A stretch of DNA of 36,449 bases from a virus (lineage: Duplodnaviria; Caudoviricetes). The stretch is taken from IMG/VR virus record IMGVR_UViG_3300047457_000647, positions 1 to 36,449 of that record, one strand, 5' to 3'. Every line of letters starts with the position of its first letter. Position 1 is the stretch's first letter. A program made the translations under genes and the position numbers. Below are positions 34,811 to 36,449 of the stretch, one piece after another. The notes beneath the pieces are model-generated. The model did no database searches. It was not told the DNA's origin and saw nothing but the letters and a program-made list of their open reading frames with translations.

Positions 34811-35074
34811 TCAGTTAGTCGGGCTGTCGTTGCGCGAAATGCTCGCGTTGGGTTCGTCTCCATGCGCACGGCACTCAAACGCATGGGTCGCTTCGGAAAT
34901 GGCATCGGCAAGTCTGTCAAGGTGCGAAACTTCTGCGCGCAAGTCTGCTGCCATGTCGGTATCGGTTTCCGCAAGGCTGTCGGCAATATTGAGTGTCCGG
35001 TCGGCAGCGTTGTGTAGGAACATCGGAAGGTAGGCGGCATCGGCAAGGGAAATGGTGATTGTCACGGTCGGCAT
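34811..35074 (-). CDS. Hypothetical protein
   Basis: Conserved leader GGAGAACCGACCATG. Confidence 0.75.
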   Translation of the reverse strand: MPTVTITISLADAAYLPMFLHNAADRTLNIADSLAETDTDMAADLRAEVSHLDRLADAISEATHAFECRAHGDEPNASISRNDSPTN

Positions 35075-35106
35075 GGTCGGTTCTCCTTTGGTGGTGGGTG
35101 GTGGAA

Positions 35107-35349
35107 CTACTCAACGTCTTGCATCGACATTTCTTCGTACGAAATGATGGTTGTTCCGATGTCAGACAATTCTTCGTCCGTTGTCGCGTATGTTTCGTGA
35201 ATACCGCGAATTCGCATCATGGAAATGCGCGGAGTTATTTCCGATCCATCGGGCATGGAATACCCGTATGAATCACCATAAGGATCAACGAGCACGGTCG
35301 CATTGTCAGGAATCTCAACGACGCACGAAACGGTTATTGTCTTTCTCAT
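35107..35349 (-). CDS. Hypothetical protein (AT-richer)
   Basis: Conserved leader; MRKTITVSCVVEIP. Confidence 0.75.
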   Translation of the reverse strand: MRKTITVSCVVEIPDNATVLVDPYGDSYGYSMPDGSEITPRISMMRIRGIHETYATTDEELSDIGTTIISYEEMSMQDVE

Positions 35350-35375
35350 GGTCGGTTCTCCGTTGGGGGTGGGTG

Positions 35376-35606
35376 TCAGAAGCCGCAGCGTGCGGCGCAA
35401 GCGTCCTCGTACATCATGTCGAAACGGTCGGGTGCGGCGGCGGCTTCCGCGTCAGCGACGAGCGCGGCGATGCGCTTGGGGTCGGCGGACAGTACGCGCT
35501 TGGTCGCACGGCACCATGCGATGGGTGCGCCGCGCTTGATGCGGGTGCCATCGGCGGCGGTGCCGGGGTAGCGGGCAAGCATGGAAACGATGGTCGGCGC
35601 GGTCAT
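35376..35606 (-). CDS. Hypothetical protein
   Basis: MLARYPG....G..I..G..I.W..; C-terminal YEDACAARCG; first gene after a promoter. Confidence 0.75.
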   Translation of the reverse strand: MTAPTIVSMLARYPGTAADGTRIKRGAPIAWCRATKRVLSADPKRIAALVADAEAAAAPDRFDMMYEDACAARCGF

Positions 35607-35645
35607 GGTCGGGTTCTCTCTGCCGGGTATCCGGCGGTTGGGTGT

Positions 35646-35673
35646 ATTGTATCACCTATCGGGGGTGTGTCAA
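35646..35673 (-). promoter_or_regulatory. Strong early sigma70-type promoter, extended -10, A-tract UP element
   Basis: TTGACA-N16-TACAAT with TGn; upstream AAAAAATTT. Confidence 0.8.
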
Positions 35674-35715
35674 GCGGGAAAGTTCAAATTTTTTGTATGG
35701 GTTCTGTACGGGTCA

Positions 35716-35742
35716 GGGAAAGGGGGCGGTCGCATCGCCCCC
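35716..35742 (-). terminator. Possible terminator after the clamp-like gene
   Basis: GGGGGCG-N7-CGCCCCC-TTT on the minus strand. Confidence 0.45.
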
Positions 35743-35748
35743 GTACGG

Positions 35749-36351
35749 TCAGGGCATCGCCGCCCGGATGACGGACGCGGCATCGTTCAGGCGTTCGGTC
35801 GCGTTGCCCGCATGGACGGACGCGGCGTAGCGGTGACTGCACGGCATGATGAGTCCGACCGCGCCGGTGCCGCCCGGCTTCTCCGCGTAGGGCATCACGA
35901 CGATCGGCTTATCGCTGTCGGCATGGATGAGGAGCGTCACCACGCCATCGGTGGACCCAAGCGCATCGGCAAGGCGCGCGAGCATCTCCGCGTTCAGGTG
36001 CACGGCGGTACGGTGATTCATCGGCGGGGCCATCACGTCGTGCACGGGCGGGAACTTCGCATCGGGTACGGCGTTCGCGTCCAAATCGATCACCGCCGGG
36101 AACGCCTTGCGGGCGGACGGACGGGCGGACTTCACGACGGCGGCGGGCAGGACCGTGCGCCCGGACGCGCCCGGGGCATGGGTCGGCACGACGGCGAGCA
36201 TCTTGCCGTCCGTGGCAGCGAGGACGGCCCCGTCCCCCGCCGCGTAGACCGCGACGGTATCGGGGGCGCAGAATCCGGACGCGCTTGGACGCGCGGCGGC
36301 GGCGTGGATGGCGGTCGGGACTTGGACGGTGGCGGTAGCGGTCGCGGGCAT
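35749..36351 (-). CDS. Truncated DNA polymerase III beta-clamp-like protein
   Basis: LAATDGKML, KFPPVHDVM, HLNAEMLARLADAL, KPIVV and GLIMPC resemble DnaN signatures (ATDGHRL, FPxY, FNxxYL, LIMPxR). Confidence 0.7.
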   Translation of the reverse strand: MPATATATVQVPTAIHAAAARPSASGFCAPDTVAVYAAGDGAVLAATDGKMLAVVPTHAPGASGRTVLPAAVVKSARPSARKAFPAVIDLDANAVPDAKFPPVHDVMAPPMNHRTAVHLNAEMLARLADALGSTDGVVTLLIHADSDKPIVVMPYAEKPGGTGAVGLIMPCSHRYAASVHAGNATERLNDAASVIRAAMP

Positions 36352-36449
36352 GGTCGGATTCTCCGTTAGGGTGCGATGGGTGGCGCGTGCCGCCCGTCCG
36401 GCCCCCTCCGGGGAGGGAGCGCGGCGGGGGGCACGGGTCAGGCGGGGAG

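Larger units (their letters stand above)
32712..36364 (-). repeat. Nine start-associated leader repeats, consensus GGAGAAC(A)CGACCATG
   Basis: Seen before the ATGs at 32714, 33153, 33530, 33771, 34776, 35074, 35349, 35606 and 36351. Confidence 0.9.
1..36449. mobile_element. Tailed dsDNA bacteriophage genome segment (podovirus-like Caudoviricetes), near-complete
   Basis: Terminase-portal-scaffold-MCP-adaptor-fibre-nozzle-ejection gene order, a recombination module and a convergent early region; no host housekeeping genes or integrase seen. Confidence 0.95.

Noticed and set aside
32712-36364. CRISPR array or integron attC array
   Set aside because: Repeats are short SD-containing leaders separated by whole genes of variable length; no cas or integrase; no attC-like palindromes
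1-36449. Stop-codon reassignment, integrase/att site or genome termini
   Set aside because: Genes are intact in the standard code with TGA, TAA and TAG all used as stops; no recombinase or terminal repeat is visible and the window cuts inside terL

Overview
The window is most of the genome of a GC-rich tailed dsDNA phage. It appears podovirus-like: no tape-measure or tail-tube genes are seen, but adaptor, nozzle and ejection-type genes are. The + strand at 1-24.5 kb is the virion module: TerL C-terminus, a chain of tiny coupled Lys/Arg-rich ORFs, portal, scaffold, MCP, decoration, adaptor, spike, a holin/lipoprotein cassette with no visible endolysin, an Mtd_N tail fibre, nozzle and ejection proteins. 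It ends in a 2365-aa polyvalent protein whose ART-PolyVal-like domain sits between 14-bp direct repeats. About 24.47-25.16 kb is a gene-free, hairpin-dense region with two face-to-face sigma70-type promoters. The leftward one would make a ~430-nt structured RNA ending in pas/ssi-like motifs. No polymerase, helicase, primase or initiator is visible, so this is a candidate ColE1-like RNA-primed origin, or otherwise a novel ncRNA. The + strand at 25.2-31.9 kb carries a metallophosphoesterase, an HExxH protein, a RecE-like nuclease, an ERF fusion with an SSB-like tail, RusA, HNH and small ORFs. The - strand at 32.1-36.4 kb is an early-type region of small genes with near-identical start-associated leaders, a shared promoter design and a half-size beta-clamp-like protein. 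All calls come from reading motifs and synteny by eye; no database search was run.
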